From positions 23,804,483 to 23,868,482 of the forward strand of contig NC_069001.1 in assembly GCF_001194135.2 (NCBI RefSeq): a DNA stretch of 64,000 nucleotides. The letters are read 5' to 3'. Position numbers and translations under genes: made by a program. This document shows, piece after piece, positions 1 to 13,385 of the stretch; position 1 is the stretch's first letter; each line of letters begins with the position of its first letter. Origin of the DNA: Octopus bimaculoides. Lineage: Eukaryota. The notes under the pieces were generated by a model. The model saw only the letters and a list, made by a program, of their open reading frames with translations. It searched no databases and was not told the origin of the DNA.

Positions 1-1343
1 TTCTCTCTGTTTCCATCTTTTCTATGTGTATATATTTCTGATAGCTGACTCCTTTGCTGAAATCTCCTGTGCTTTAATTATTTATGATTATGTAACTTTT
101 ATTATTATACGGAAGCAATTATTAAAATCTTTACTGTCTAGCAAATTCATATACTTTTCGAATCAAATTTTTTTTTATCGAAATATGGTTATTACAATTC
201 TTGTATTATTGAAAATTTCACCTAAATGCTAATCAGAACACATAATTCTATTCAATGTGACATGCATTTTTAATGTCTTAACATTTGTATATCAGTTATT
301 TGAGCAACAATGTCTCTCTCTCTTTATCTGTCTATCTATCTATCTTTCTGTCTCTTATATGTGTATATATTTCTGATCTTTAACTCCTTTGCTGAAACCT
401 CCTCTGTTCATGTTATAATAATTCAGATGGTGAGCAGGAATAAAAAGTATCATTTCTCATCTCTGTACATTTGTAGTGTGTTTATAAAAGTTGTAACTAC
501 TAAAACATGCAATGTACACGTCAATGAAAAATCACATGTGTTAGAACCTACAATAAGGTTTTCAATATCAATTTCTCCAGTACATCTCTTTACATTTTTA
601 TGAGGCCTTTAAAAACACTTTCACCATCAGAGATTCTGAGTCTACAATTTTTTTATTAGCAAAAACAATTTTTTCATAAAAAAAACTAGCAATCAATATA
701 TGTTGTACAAAGCAAAATACATTGTTATACATATGCTTTAAATGTAAGTGAAATATATATGCTTATACATAAAACAAAATATATTCATACACAACTATTA
801 TGTAAAGATATATATATTTATACACTTTAAATGTGACTTTTTCAATTTTAAGCGGACACCCAAAACTCTTTCTCTGTGATTTACACATTTGTACCTAATG
901 TGTACACACACACACTCACAAAGCACACTGTATTTTCTACCACAACAACAAACATTTGGGAAAGGATTTAAGTGGGTAATCTGAAATCATAGGCAGTAGG
1001 CTGAAACTTATTTCAGGTTACACCCCAGGGGTAATTTCAAATTACCCACATGTGATTTCAAATGATACCCCCCACCATCTCGGGGTAATTTGAAATCAAT
1101 ATCATTCAAGCCCCAATTTCCAATCCCATTTAACCTGAACATGATTTCAAATTACTCTGTTCAGCACTGCTGGATAGGATGAGGGTGGGGTGAGAGAATC
1201 TGAAATTGCTATACCAGCATAATAAAAGAAAAGAAAACCCACATAAAAAAAGCAACAAAAGATCTGAGATGAATTTGTTGGTATGGTATCTTGATATGCT
1301 TTACATGGCATATCAGTATATATGATGTATATATATTGATATT

Positions 1344-1392
<49 letters not shown>

Positions 1393-1464
1393 CCCTCCTG
1401 AGTATAGAATATGCCAACCTGATCCTTGCTATTTTTAGCATGATAAATGACCACATGGACTAGT

Positions 1465-1872
1465 TTTGAGTTTGTTTAAAAGAGTGAAACTAAAAGGAGC
1501 AAAGACCCTTCCTTTGGTCATGAATGACCATGGGATTGCACCTAGAAAGTTCCCAGCCAATGTAAAAAGTCTGAGCAAGGTTGTGTACGGAAGACCATCG
1601 GTCACCCATACATACCAGCCTCCCCTCTCCACACCACCGATTTTATCCATGGGAAAGGCCGATACAGCTTGGCACCAGTGATGTTGCAACTCATTTCTAC
1701 AGCTGAGTGAACTGGAGCAATGTGAAATAAAGTGTCTNNNNNNNNNNTTCTACAGCTGATTGAACTGGAGCAACGTGAAATGAAGTGTCTTGATCAAGAA
1801 TACAACACACACCCCAGCCTGAGAGTCAAGCTCATTGTCTCATGAGTGTGAACCCGATGCTCTAACCACTGA
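1465..1872 (-). mobile_element. tRNA-derived SINE family C (contains a 10-N gap)
   Basis: Body GACCATGGGATTGCACCTAGAAAGTT...CTACAGCTGAGTGAACTGGAGCAA and head ...CTCTAACCACT. Near-full copy at 12945-13385; head pieces at 19390-19470 and 24840-24950 (A-box TGGCTTAGTGG, B-box GTTTCGATACC on minus). Confidence 0.8.
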
Positions 1873-3588
1873 TTAAGGTTGCAATAAAATAACGAAAGAA
1901 ATATTTACTAAGCAAGTGAGCAAGATTAGATGAATAAAGGATGCAAAAGGAAATTAGATGCAACATCTTAGAAAAATTACACAAATTACAATTAGGGGAC
2001 TAGCAGAAAATGACCCAGAAGGGGTCTTTCTCTTAGATGGAATAACAGAATACGTGCAGAATCACTGAATCAGAATGGATTGCTTATAAGCTTTTAATTT
2101 CAAATGTATCATTTTCAACAATCATTGCAAACACAGGGTCCACTTTAACCCATAAGCATTCAGATTTCTTAGTCAAGTGTCTTGCTTATTTATTCACATC
2201 GTTTTGAAGTAATCACATATTATCCTATAGCTTCAAAATTTCAATGGTGTGTTTTATCTTGTTTCAGTCATTAGACTGTGGCCATGCTGGGGCACTACCA
2301 ATTTGAGCATGGCCATTGCCAGTACCACCTCACTGGCACATAAAAGCACCCACTACATTCTCAGAATGTTTGGCGTTAGAAAGGGAATCCAGCTGTAGAA
2401 ACTCTGCCAAATCAGACTGGAGCCTGGTGCAGCCATCTGGTTTGCCAGTCCTCAGTCAAATCGTCCAACTCATGCTAGCATGGAAAGCAGACGTTAAACG
2501 ATGATGATGATGATGATGATGAATCGACCACAATACTTATTTTTTGTTTAAGCTTAATGCATATATATATATATATATCTCTTTTACTCTTTTACTTGTT
2601 TCAGTCATTTGACTGCGGCCATGCTGGAGCACCGCCTTTAGTCGAGCAAATCGACCCCAGGACATATTCTTTNNNNNNNNNNNNNNNNNNNNNNNNNNNN
2701 NNNNNNNNNNNNNNNNNNNNNNNNNNNNNNNNNNNNNNNNNNNNNNNNNNNNNNNNNNNNNNNNNNNNNNNNNNNNNNNNNNNNNNNNNNNNNNNNNNNN
2801 NNNNNNNNNNNNNNNNNNNNNNNNNNNNNNNNNNNNNNNNNNNNNNNNNNNNNNNNNNNNNNNNNNNNNNNNNNNNNNNNNNNNNNNNNNNNNNNNNNNN
2901 NNNNNNNNNNNNNNNNNNNNNNNNNNNNNNNNNNNNNNNNNNNNNNNNNNNNNNNNNNNNNNNNNNNNNNNNNNNNNNNNNNNNNNNNNNNNNNNNNNNN
3001 NNNNNNNNNNNNNNNNNNNNNNNNNNNNNNNNNNNNNNNNNNNNNNNNNNNNNNNNNNNNNNNNNNNNNNNNNNNNNNNNNNNNNNNNNNNNNNNNNNNN
3101 NNNNNNNNNNNNNNNNNNNNNNNNNNNNNNNNNNNNNNNNNNNNNNNNNNNNNNNNNNNNNNNNNNNNNNNNNNNNNNNNNNNNNNNNNNNNNNNNNNNN
3201 NNNNNNNNNNNNNNNNNNNNNNNNNNNNNNNNNNNNNNNNNNNNNNNNNNNNNNNNNNNNNNNNNNNNNNNNNNNNNNNNNNNNNNNNNNNNNNNNNNNN
3301 NNNNNNNNNNNNNNNNNNNNNNNNNNNNNNNNNNNNNNNNNNNNNNNNNNNNNNNNNNNNNNNNNNNNNNNNNNNNNNNNNNNNNNNNNNNNNNNNNNNN
3401 NNNNNNNNNNNNNNNNNNNNNNNNNNNNNNNNNNNNNNNNNNNNNNNNNNNNNNNNNNNNNNNNNNNNNNNNNNNNNNNNNNNNNNNNNNNNNNNNNNNN
3501 NNNNNNNNNNNNNNNNNNNNNNNNNNNNNNNNNNNNNNNNNNNNNNNNNNNNNNNNNNNNNNNNNNNNNNNNNNNNNNNNNNNNNNNN

Positions 3589-3635
<47 letters not shown>

Positions 3636-5444
3636 ATATAGAACAGGCTTCCTTCAGTTTCTCTCAACTAAATCCACTTGTAAGATGTTGTTCAGACCAA
3701 CAGAGTAGAAGACACTTTTCCACAGTGCCACACATTGGGAGTAAACCTGGAACCATGTAGTTGGGAAACTAGCTTCTTACCACACAGCCACACCTGTGTT
3801 TGTATATTTTTAGATTAACATTGTAAGATAGGTGTGAGAATTTGGATCTGGTCAATTTTAACATGACAGGTAGAATATTCGGGCTGGAAATGATCAGATT
3901 AATTGTTAAATGGTTAAACACCAGGGGTTCATAAAAGCTGAATCCAATACAATTCTCTAATAATAAAGCATTAAGCATGTTTCTCCTGGAAAGGGAGGGT
4001 CTCTGGTGTATGCAGTTCTTGTTATTAATCTTGTATTGGTCTTGTTTCTAAAGCCCAGAAACCTATAACTCTCTTTATCTATGTAAAGATAAATGTAATG
4101 AGAAGGTTCAATGGTAGGCAGCAGGAGTACTGTATAGTTGATAGGTGTTTTAAGTTTGTAGTATTGAAGTAAAATACTTGAGTATTTAGATGAAAGCTCT
4201 AAATGAATTCAATTTATGTTCTCCTTGACAAACACATAATTTCAGATAGTAGGTTTGAAATGCTTAATGCCAAGGAAGTTGAGACAGACTCCAGAGTATC
4301 ACTGATATTATGCGTAATACAAAACAACAAAGAACCTCTACATGAATGGTCTAGCTGCCAAAACTTGCTCAGGTCATACAACATCATCTTTACCAGGGTT
4401 GACCAGAGACTAAACAACAAATACAACAAAGCAGAGACAAAGTATAAAATTATCCAAGATTAAAAAATACTTCCTTATAAAGTAAACACAAAACATTCCA
4501 CTGCAGTTATCTCTACAGATTTCCTATGGAAATTAAAGCCAGTACTGATTCAGTTACGATGTTTCTTATCCAAATATGCCTAATGTAAACAACAATGGCA
4601 TCAAAGACGAAAAATGGGTAATGGGTGTATATGCCATATTTCAGGAGTACTTGCTCCTTCATCAGCCCCCATCCAACTCACTAACCATCCACAAACTCAT
4701 TGCTTAAATAGCCACTAAATATAGGGGTGCAACATTATTAGATATACCAACACATCCCTGGAGCTGTAATACTTTCTGCAAACATAACATATTTACAAAG
4801 TATATTAAACGTATTTATAAATCAATACTATGTCCTACTGTGTTAGCAGTGCTATTAAGTAGCTTCTTTTCTTTTTAAAGGTTATCTCTACAGAGTTTCT
4901 ATAGAAATTACAGCCAAAACTGATTTGTTACAATGTTTCATACCTAAATACATCTAATTTAAACAACAATGATGTCAAAGGTGAAAAATGGGTAATGGGT
5001 GTTTACATTAGTTATACTTGGATATGAAACATTGTAAGAAATCTGTGTTGGCTATAATTTCTATAGCAAATCTGCAGAGAAAACCTTAACATGTGATTTA
5101 ATAGCACTGCTAACACAGTAGAGCACAGTATTGACTTATAAAAGTCTTTAATATATTTTGTTGTATATTATGGTTGCTGAATGAAATACGTTGTTCCTAC
5201 AACTCATTCAACTGTGGGTAATGGACTTACTTCTCTTATTCTCTATGAAAGTATCTTTCAAATAGTTTAACAATAATTTTACCGTGAAATATAAATTAAG
5301 GAAGGGTTAGAAAAGGAGAGTATGAGGAAGAAATAAAAGATGGTGGTGATGAGGATGATGAGGATGATAGAGATAAAAAGGAAAAGTACAGTGAAGACAT
5401 TTTTTTTTGTTACTGATGTTCTTGAACTTAAAAGGATAAGGGAT

Positions 5445-5661
5445 ACTCTCTCTTTTACTCTTTTACTTGTTTCAGTCATTTGACTGCGGCCATGCTGGAG
5501 TACCGCCTTTAGTCGAGCAAATCAACCCCGGGACTTATTCTTTGTAAGCCCAGTACTTATTCTATCACTCTTTTGCTGAACCGCTAAGTGATGGGGACAT
5601 AAACACACCAGCATCGGTTGTCATGCAATGCTAGGGGGACAAACACAAACACACAAACACA

Positions 5662-5703
<42 letters not shown>

Positions 5704-5869
5704 CGAAAGGCTTCTTTCAGTTTCCGTCTACCAAATCCACTCACAAGGCTTTGGTTGGCCTGATGCTATAGTAGAAGACGCTTGCCCAAGATGCCATGCA
5801 GTGGGACTGAACCCGGAACCATGTGGTTGGTAAGCAAGCTACTTACCACACAGCCACTCCTGCGCCTAT
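5445..5869 (-). mobile_element. Full-length tRNA-derived CORE-type SINE (family A)
   Basis: Minus: A-box TGGCTGTGTGG, B-box GGTTCAGTCCC, CORE-like CTTGGGCAAGCGTCTT, internal (TA)/(TG)n, tail GTAAAAGAGTAAAAGAG. Other copies: 2580-3800 (across a gap), 9645-10040, 13752-14076, 22185-22460, 38000-38338, 45045-45185, 60888-61268 (all -); 11270-11660 and 46583-46962 (+). Confidence 0.88.
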
Positions 5870-6644
5870 AAGAAATATATTCTGTAATTTTCTCCAAATC
5901 CCTTATTACTCTATCACCACCACCACCATTATCATCATCATGCTCATCCTTTTCTGCCTCCTTATTATCGCATCATCATTAATATAACAGGTCGATAAAT
6001 TTGGTTGTGAATTTCCCCCTCCCCAAATGTTTTCCTTTTAGTGTCTTTACTTTTCCGTTCTTCTCATTTTCAATAAAAACTCAAACACAAAACACTCACA
6101 ATATCACAACAAACAATTGAGAAGCCAAGAGTTTAGAACAGTCACACACATTGACAGGCTTTTCTTGACATTATGTCTTGTCTGACTGAAATTCCAAAGA
6201 AATCAAAAGCTTTGTAGTCAGTGACCAAACTGCTCCAAACATTTCAGATTCTGCAGGATGAACAATGAAAGGTAGCAAACTGGCAAAGTTGTTAGAGCAT
6301 CAGACTAGATACCTTGTAGTATTTGTTCTGAATATCTAGATGCTTGAGTTCAAATCTCTGTACAGTCAAATTTGTTTTTTATTCTTTCAGGGTCGGCAAA
6401 AGACCCCAGTCGAGATCAGTGGATTGGTGAAATTGTCAGAGCTTTATGGTACTTGTTTTTTGTGTGTTCTAAGTTTTGAAATCCCATTTAGATCCCCATT
6501 ATAAGTGAAGTAAGTTTTCCCAGATGGGTTAAGGACTCTGTCACCCATCCCAAGAGAACACTAAACCCAAAGGAGTTTCTGTCTTTATTGAGTGAGGACA
6601 ATCTTAGGACACGACGTGCTCAACAGATAACAATGACAACTACA

Positions 6645-6995
6645 GCGATGATGATGATGATGATATTGGATGAATACAACAATAGAGATGATGACACTGA
6701 TGGTTAAAGATGATGACAATTATTATGATGATTATGGTACAATGATGGTGATGACAATTTTGATGTCATGATGATGGTGATAATAACGAGAAGGAAGAGG
6801 AGGTTCAGGATGAGGATGATAATTTCAATGAAGATGATAGCATGGTGAGGATGATGATGATGATGGCATCTCAATGATGGTGATGATTATGAGGAAGAGG
6901 AGGAAGAAGTTCAAGATGAGGTAGATAATGACAATTTCAATGATGACGACAAGGATGACGGCGACGGTAGTGATGTGAATGGTGACCACAACAAC
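6645..6995. repeat. Degenerate GAT/GAG trinucleotide low-complexity tract
   Basis: Mixed GATGAT/GAGGAA/GACAAT triplets; a similar tract lies at 9110-9480. Confidence 0.8.
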
Positions 6996-7409
6996 AAATT
7001 TACCTGTGATTAGTAATATTTCTGTGACCTTCTGTTCACTCTAACAAGTAAGTAAAAACAGAGTTGAAAGAACCTCCAAACAACGACATCAACAACAACA
7101 ACAAAAATAATAAAAATAAAAAAACAAGAAAATCAGTAACAAAAGTGTGATATTAGTAGAATTAAATAACGAAGACAGTTACTAGCCATGTTTAACTAAA
7201 AGACTAACTTGTACTTGACTAGTCTAACAACAACACTTTCGTAAATATCTCTCTTAAGCTAATGTGCCAAACACATTGAACTTCTGGCTTTTCTCAATGT
7301 TGTTCTTGTTGTTATTGCCGGCTTTCTTTTTATTTTCATTTTCTGTTTTGATCTGATTTATTTGTTACATTATATACATACATACATACATACATACATA
7401 CCTATATAC

Positions 7410-7499
<90 letters not shown>

Positions 7500-7505
7500 A
7501 TATAA

Positions 7506-7536
<31 letters not shown>

Positions 7537-7887
7537 TATATATATATATTTCGGTAGTTTTACGTTTTGGCATTTTACTTATTTTTTTATATTTTTGTTG
7601 CACTTTTTTCTTTTTTCTTACCTTTTATTCTCTCTTTAATCTGTGCATATATGTGTGTGTGTGTGTGTATGTGCATGCATATGTATGTCAGTGGATGCAT
7701 CAGTGTGTGTGTATATGTGTAGCTCTATTCTCATTTCTTTGTTCATTTCTGTCATTTTTTTTTTCTACCATTTTTTTTCCCCCCTCGTTTTCTTGTTTCT
7801 TTCACTCGTCAGCTAATCTTTCTGCTAAATTGGTTATCGATTAAACAAGGTAAACAAAAAGCAACTTTGGAAAACATTTCCTAAAAA

Positions 7888-9102
7888 TATGGTATCAGTG
7901 GTTAGGGTGGTGATGGTGAAGGTGATCGGTCTGGTGATGGTGGTGGTGGTAATGTTGATGGTATTAGTGGTTTGGTGGTGATGGTGAAGGTGATCGGTCT
8001 GGTGATGGTGGTGGTGGTAATGTTGATGGTATTAGTGGTTTGGTGGTGATGGTGAAGGTGNNNNNNNNNNNNNNNNNNNNNNNNNNNNNNNNNNNNNNNN
8101 NNNNNNNNNNNNNNNNNNNNNNNNNNNNNNNNNNNNNNNNNNNNNNNNNNNNNNNNNNNNNNNNNNNNNNNNNNNNNNNNNNNNNNNNNNNNNNNNNNNN
8201 NNNNNNNNNNNNNNNNNNNNNNNNNNNNNNNNNNNNNNNNNNNNNNNNNNNNNNNNNNNNNNNNNNNNNNNNNNNNNNNNNNNNNNNNNNNNNNNNNNNN
8301 NNNNNNNNNNNNNNNNNNNNNNNNNNNNNNNNNNNNNNNNNNNNNNNNNNNNNNNNNNNNNNNNNNNNNNNNNNNNNNNNNNNNNNNNNNNNNNNNNNNN
8401 NNNNNNNNNNNNNNNNNNNNNNNNNNNNNNNNNNNNNNNNNNNNNNNNNNNNNNNNNNNNNNNNNNNNNNNNNNNNNNNNNNNNNNNNNNNNNNNNNNNN
8501 NNNNNNNNNNNNNNNNNNNNNNNNNNNNNNNNNNNNNNNNNNNNNNNNNNNNNNNNNNNNNNNNNNNNNNNNNNNNNNNNNNNNNNNNNNNNNNNNNNNN
8601 NNNNNNNNNNNNNNNNNNNNNNNNNNNNNNNNNNNNNNNNNNNNNNNNNNNNNNNNNNNNNNNNNNNNNNNNNNNNNNNNNNNNNNNNNNNNNNNNNNNN
8701 NNNNNNNNNNNNNNNNNNNNNNNNNNNNNNNNNNNNNNNNNNNNNNNNNNNNNNNNNNNNNNNNNNNNNNNNNNNNNNNNNNNNNNNNNNNNNNNNNNNN
8801 NNNNNNNNNNNNNNNNNNNNNNNNNNNNNNNNNNNNNNNNNNNNNNNNNNNNNNNNNNNNNNNNNNNNNNNNNNNNNNNNNNNNNNNNNNNNNNNNNNNN
8901 NNNNNNNNNNNNNNNNNNNNNNNNNNNNNNNNNNNNNNNNNTATGGTATCAGTGGTTAGGGTGGTGATGGTGAAGGTGATCGGTCTGGTGATGGTGGTGG
9001 TGGTAATGTTGATGGTATTAGTGGTTTGGTGGTGATGGTGAAGGTGATCGGTCTGGTGATGGTGGTGGTGATAATGTTGATGGTATTAGTGGTTTGGTGG
9101 TG
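7888..9102. repeat. GGT-rich minisatellite, 68-bp unit, spanning an N gap
   Basis: GGTGATCGGTCTGG recurs at 7921/7989 and 8975/9043 (period 68). Confidence 0.85.
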
Positions 9103-9845
9103 TAAATAACGATGATGGTGATGATAATAATTGTAATGGTAGTGATGGTAACAATGGGAAAAAATGAGGATATTGGTGTTGGTAGGGTGTTGCCAGTGGT
9201 GGTGGCCATTGTACTAAAGTGGATAATGGTGGCGGCAGTTGTGGTGGTGGTGGCGATGGTGACGGTAACAATGATGAGGCTGATGATGATGATGGCAGGG
9301 ATAACAATGATGAGGCTGATGATGATGATGACAGGGATAACAATGATGTTAGTGATGATGATGCTGATGGTGGTTGTGATACTAATGATGACATCAATGT
9401 TAAGGGTAAATATAATAATAATAATAATAATAATAATAGTGACGATTAAGATAATGATGATGGTGATGATACAAAGGACAATCTTGAAGACAATGTCCTT
9501 ATGTGAGAGTGAATCCCTACTATGGCTTTTAATGATACATGTGCTTTACATGGATTAGTCTTTTCTTTCTCCCTAAACTTTAACCTCTTGACCTTTGCTG
9601 TTTGTCCTGTTTTTTGTTTTTAATTTTGATTTGTCTATATAGTCTTTTATTTGCTTCAATCATTTGACTGCGGCCATGCTGGAGCGTCACCTTGATGGGG
9701 TTTTAGTTAAACAAATCAACCCCAAGATTTATTCTTTGTAAGTCTGATATTTATTCTATCGGTATCTTTTGCCAAACTGCTAAGTTACAGCGATGTAAAC
9801 TCACCAACACCAGTTGTCAAGCAGTGACAGGGGGCCAAGCACAAA

Positions 9846-9891
<46 letters not shown>

Positions 9892-12261
9892 CGACGGGCT
9901 TCTTTCAGTTTCCACCAGCCAAATCCACTGACAAGGTTTTGTCGGCCCAAGGCTCTAATAGAAGACACTTTACCAAGGTACCACACAGTGCGACTGAACC
10001 CGGAACCATGTAGTTGGGAAGCAAGATTCTTGCCACACAGTTATTTTTTGGCCATGTAACAACATGTATGACTTTGTCAAACTTTCTCTTCCTTCCCTCC
10101 AGACTTTTACATCTTTCTGCTTTCTGATGAAAAACCATGCGCAAAATGTCCCCCCCCACTTTTTTTTTTTTTTTTACTATCTTAAACTTTCTTTAAGCAT
10201 CAACCTAATACTTTTATTGCATGCATCATCCTTTTGACTTTTCTTGTTTTTCCTGTTTTTTATTTCCCTTTTATTAATATATCTACTGGAGGTATGTCAC
10301 TGAAACACAAGTCAGCCCTTTATTTTTGCCACCTCTCACATCCTTCTTATGCGAATTGTACCTCAGCTTATCTTTTATATTTCATTAACCGCCTTTCTGA
10401 AGCTACAAAAGAGAACTAGCTTACACCTGATATCACATCTTACAACAGTCAATGCTCTGAAATAATGAAATAGGAAAAGATAGAAAGTGAGAGAGAGTGA
10501 ATGAGAGTAACAGAGAGAGAGAGAGAGTGAGCGTGAGTAACAAAGAGAGAGACAGAGAGATAGAGAGAGCTACAGCGGAAGAGGGGTGTTTACTGGCAGG
10601 TGAGAGTATCATCTGTAAGATGACATCATCTGATGTCAACTGGTTACAATGTGCAGCACAGGACTTTCTACATGGTCGCTCAACTAGCTAGAAATAGCAA
10701 TCAAATCACCTTCAAATCACACCATATGTAATGAAGATATACTGGAAGATGTAGTTCCTGAAGTGCAAGAAAAACAGATTGCCACAGCTGCAATGCTTTA
10801 CACCAGATAATCTTTGATTAGCCCTTTAGCATTCATATTATTCTGTCAAATGTAATGCTTATTTATTCACATTGCTTTAAATTTATCATTCATGATCTTG
10901 TAGCTTTGAGATTTCAATGATATGATTGTTCATTTTTACAATGACATTGTTTGATAAGTGTGAGAGGCTGGATCTTGTCAGTTTAAATATAAAGCAAGTA
11001 GAATATTTGAGCAAGATATGGCTGATTTAAGCAGAAAATCGTTAAGGCAAAAGTAGTCCAAGATACCACTAGAAAGACGGGAGAGTCAAAGTTGGGTTGG
11101 CTTTCATTTTAGGTCGTTTTAAATAAGGCTGATCAGCAGTGAAACAACAACAAAAAGCTTATTTGAAATACTCCTTAAGTCTTTTTGCTATAACCATCTG
11201 TCTCATTTAACACTAGTTTGTCTCTGCAGATCATTTCCTGTGCTGTATGATATTGTTTGTGGTTGAGGTTCATGGATGGCTGTTGTTTAAGAAGCTTGCT
11301 TTGTAAGCATCTGGTCCCAGTTTTAGTCCATTGGATAGTATCATGGCTTAGTATCTTTATGATAGCCTCCAGTCTTTAAAAAATGCTTTGTGAATGGAAT
11401 TACTAGACTGGAATGGGGGCTGATTGGAATGTGTATTTGTTGTTCATACATACATTTTATATGTGTGTGTGTGTGTGTTTTTGTGTCTGTGTTTGTCCCC
11501 CCCACCACCACATGGAGTTTGTTTATATACCCGTAATATAGCAGTTCGGCAAACGAGACTGATAAGTACCGGCCTTTAAAAAACAAAAAAAGTACTGGGG
11601 TTAATTCATTTGAGTAAACATTCTTCAAGGCAGTGCCTCATCATGACCCCAGCCTAACGACTTAAACAAGCAATGTGTGTGTGTGTACATGGCCTAGTGG
11701 TCAGGGTGTTGATAATCAGATTGTTGTCTCAATTCCTAGGTTGGGTGGGGCATTGTATTTTTGAGCAAAATACTACACCATGCACCTGTTCAGACAATGT
11801 CGATTTGATGGAGAGAGTGAGTTAATGTATGGCATAACCATTTGATTATTATAAACAAATCATTTGTGCAAGTTGTTCAGCAGAAGCTGGACAATTACAC
11901 ATCGTCTTTGACGGGAGAGTCCGTCATATATTTATGTATATCTATGTATGTCTGCATGTATGTGTCTGCTCCTATGTCAGCCTTTGTGTCAATACTGTTT
12001 GGAAAGAATGTCCAGTGACCAAAATGTATAGGATAGTATAAGACAGAGAAGGGGCAAGGTCATAACCATTGCAAACTGGTGTAATTTCTTGTGAAGACTG
12101 AAGTAAAAATGTAGTAAAAGAAATAAAAATATCAAATAGTAAGTTAATTATATTTATTACAAATATATGATATATTTAATTCACCTTTAATCAATTTAGA
12201 TGCTGTTCACTAACCAAATTTAATTACACCTAATCGCAACAAAGCAGACTTCAAAAACATG

Positions 12262-12330
<69 letters not shown>

Positions 12331-12944
12331 CATATAGTTATCTTTTTGGTTGTTTGTGTGTGTGTTTCTGTATGTCTTCAGCCTAAAGACAATGCAACAC
12401 AGACTTTAAAAGAAGGACTTCCTCTATAATCCTTTCTACTTATAGCACAAGGCCTGAAATTTTGTGAGAGTTGATTACATTGACTCCAGTGCTTCACTGG
12501 TACTTAATTTATTGACCCTGTAAGGATAAAAGGCAAAATGGACCTTGGCGGAATTTGAAGACTTTCACTATAATGGCAGGTAGTTGCTGTTGAGAAAGAA
12601 ATACGGTGAGTGAAAGAAAGATAGAAGAAAGAAAGAGAGAAGATAGAATTAAAATTTGGCTCAAGGGGAAAGGAAAAAAACTGGATGTTGTTGATGATAT
12701 TAATAGGGTATTCAGCTTCTACTGAAGGATCTATTTCATCTTGATCAGGTCATTACCCGGTAGCACAGCAACACGTACAACTAGTATATTTAATACACCT
12801 TTTATCAATTTAGATGCTGTTCATTAACTGATTTTAATAATACCTAACTAAAATTAAAAGCAGTGCAAATGAATTATTTAAAAAAAATGCCTATATATAT
12901 TTCAAAATAATTTAACTTAGTAACAATAGCTTTTCCATCACAAA

Positions 12945-13385
12945 GTCCTGTCTTTGATGTGATTTGGTAGCTTGTGTGCCTTGATGATTCCAAGAGCTTG
13001 CCAGCAGAAGTCCAAGGTCCTGGTAGGGCTTCCCATGCTGGTCAAGTCAAAAGATAGAAGCCACACTAATATGGACCATCTTTGGGCAAAGAGTAAAGAC
13101 ACCCTCCAGTCATTAATGACCATGGGATTGCACCTAGAAAGTTCCCCTCTGAGGCACAAGTCTAGACAAAGTTGTTTATGGAAGACCAGGAATCACCCAT
13201 GCATACCAGTCTCCCCTCTCCATGCCACTGATGTTATCTAAGGGAAAGGCCAAAGCCGATACAGCTTGGCATCAGTGATATTGTGGCTCATTTCTGCAGA
13301 TGAGTGAACTGGAGCAATGTAAAATAAAGTGTCTTGCTGAAGAACAAAACACAATGCACGGTCTGGTCTGGGAATCGTCATACCC
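12945..13385 (-). mobile_element. SINE family C copy
   Basis: Colinear similarity with 1480-1860 (GACCATGGGATTGCACCTAGAAAGTT; GATACAGCTTGGCA; GAACTGGAGCAATGT). Confidence 0.8.

Noticed and set aside
1693-1790. Near-identical 45-bp sequence on both sides of a 10-N gap
   Set aside because: Most likely an assembly overlap or haplotype join inside a SINE.
2537-3708. Long ORFs (376/383 aa) and similar ones at 8040, 20420, 52338, 62545
   Set aside because: They are translations through N gaps (poly-X).
6492-6706. ATG-less open frame (WVKDSVTHPKRTLNPKEFLSLLSEDNL...)
   Set aside because: Length is within chance expectation, it runs into a triplet repeat, and there is no homology cue.
9086-9558. 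Asp/Asn/Gly-rich or Met/Val-rich ORFs; also the acidic tract at 6645-6995 and poly-Ser at 57209-57412
   Set aside because: Degenerate triplet repeats open in several frames, with no splice or homology support.
7004-10456. Micro-exon candidates 10425-10456(-), 7004-7040(-) and 7813-7849(+)
   Set aside because: Splice-like signals are present, but the minus pair does not join in frame (TAG at the junction), they conflict in strand, and no peptide is recognisable.
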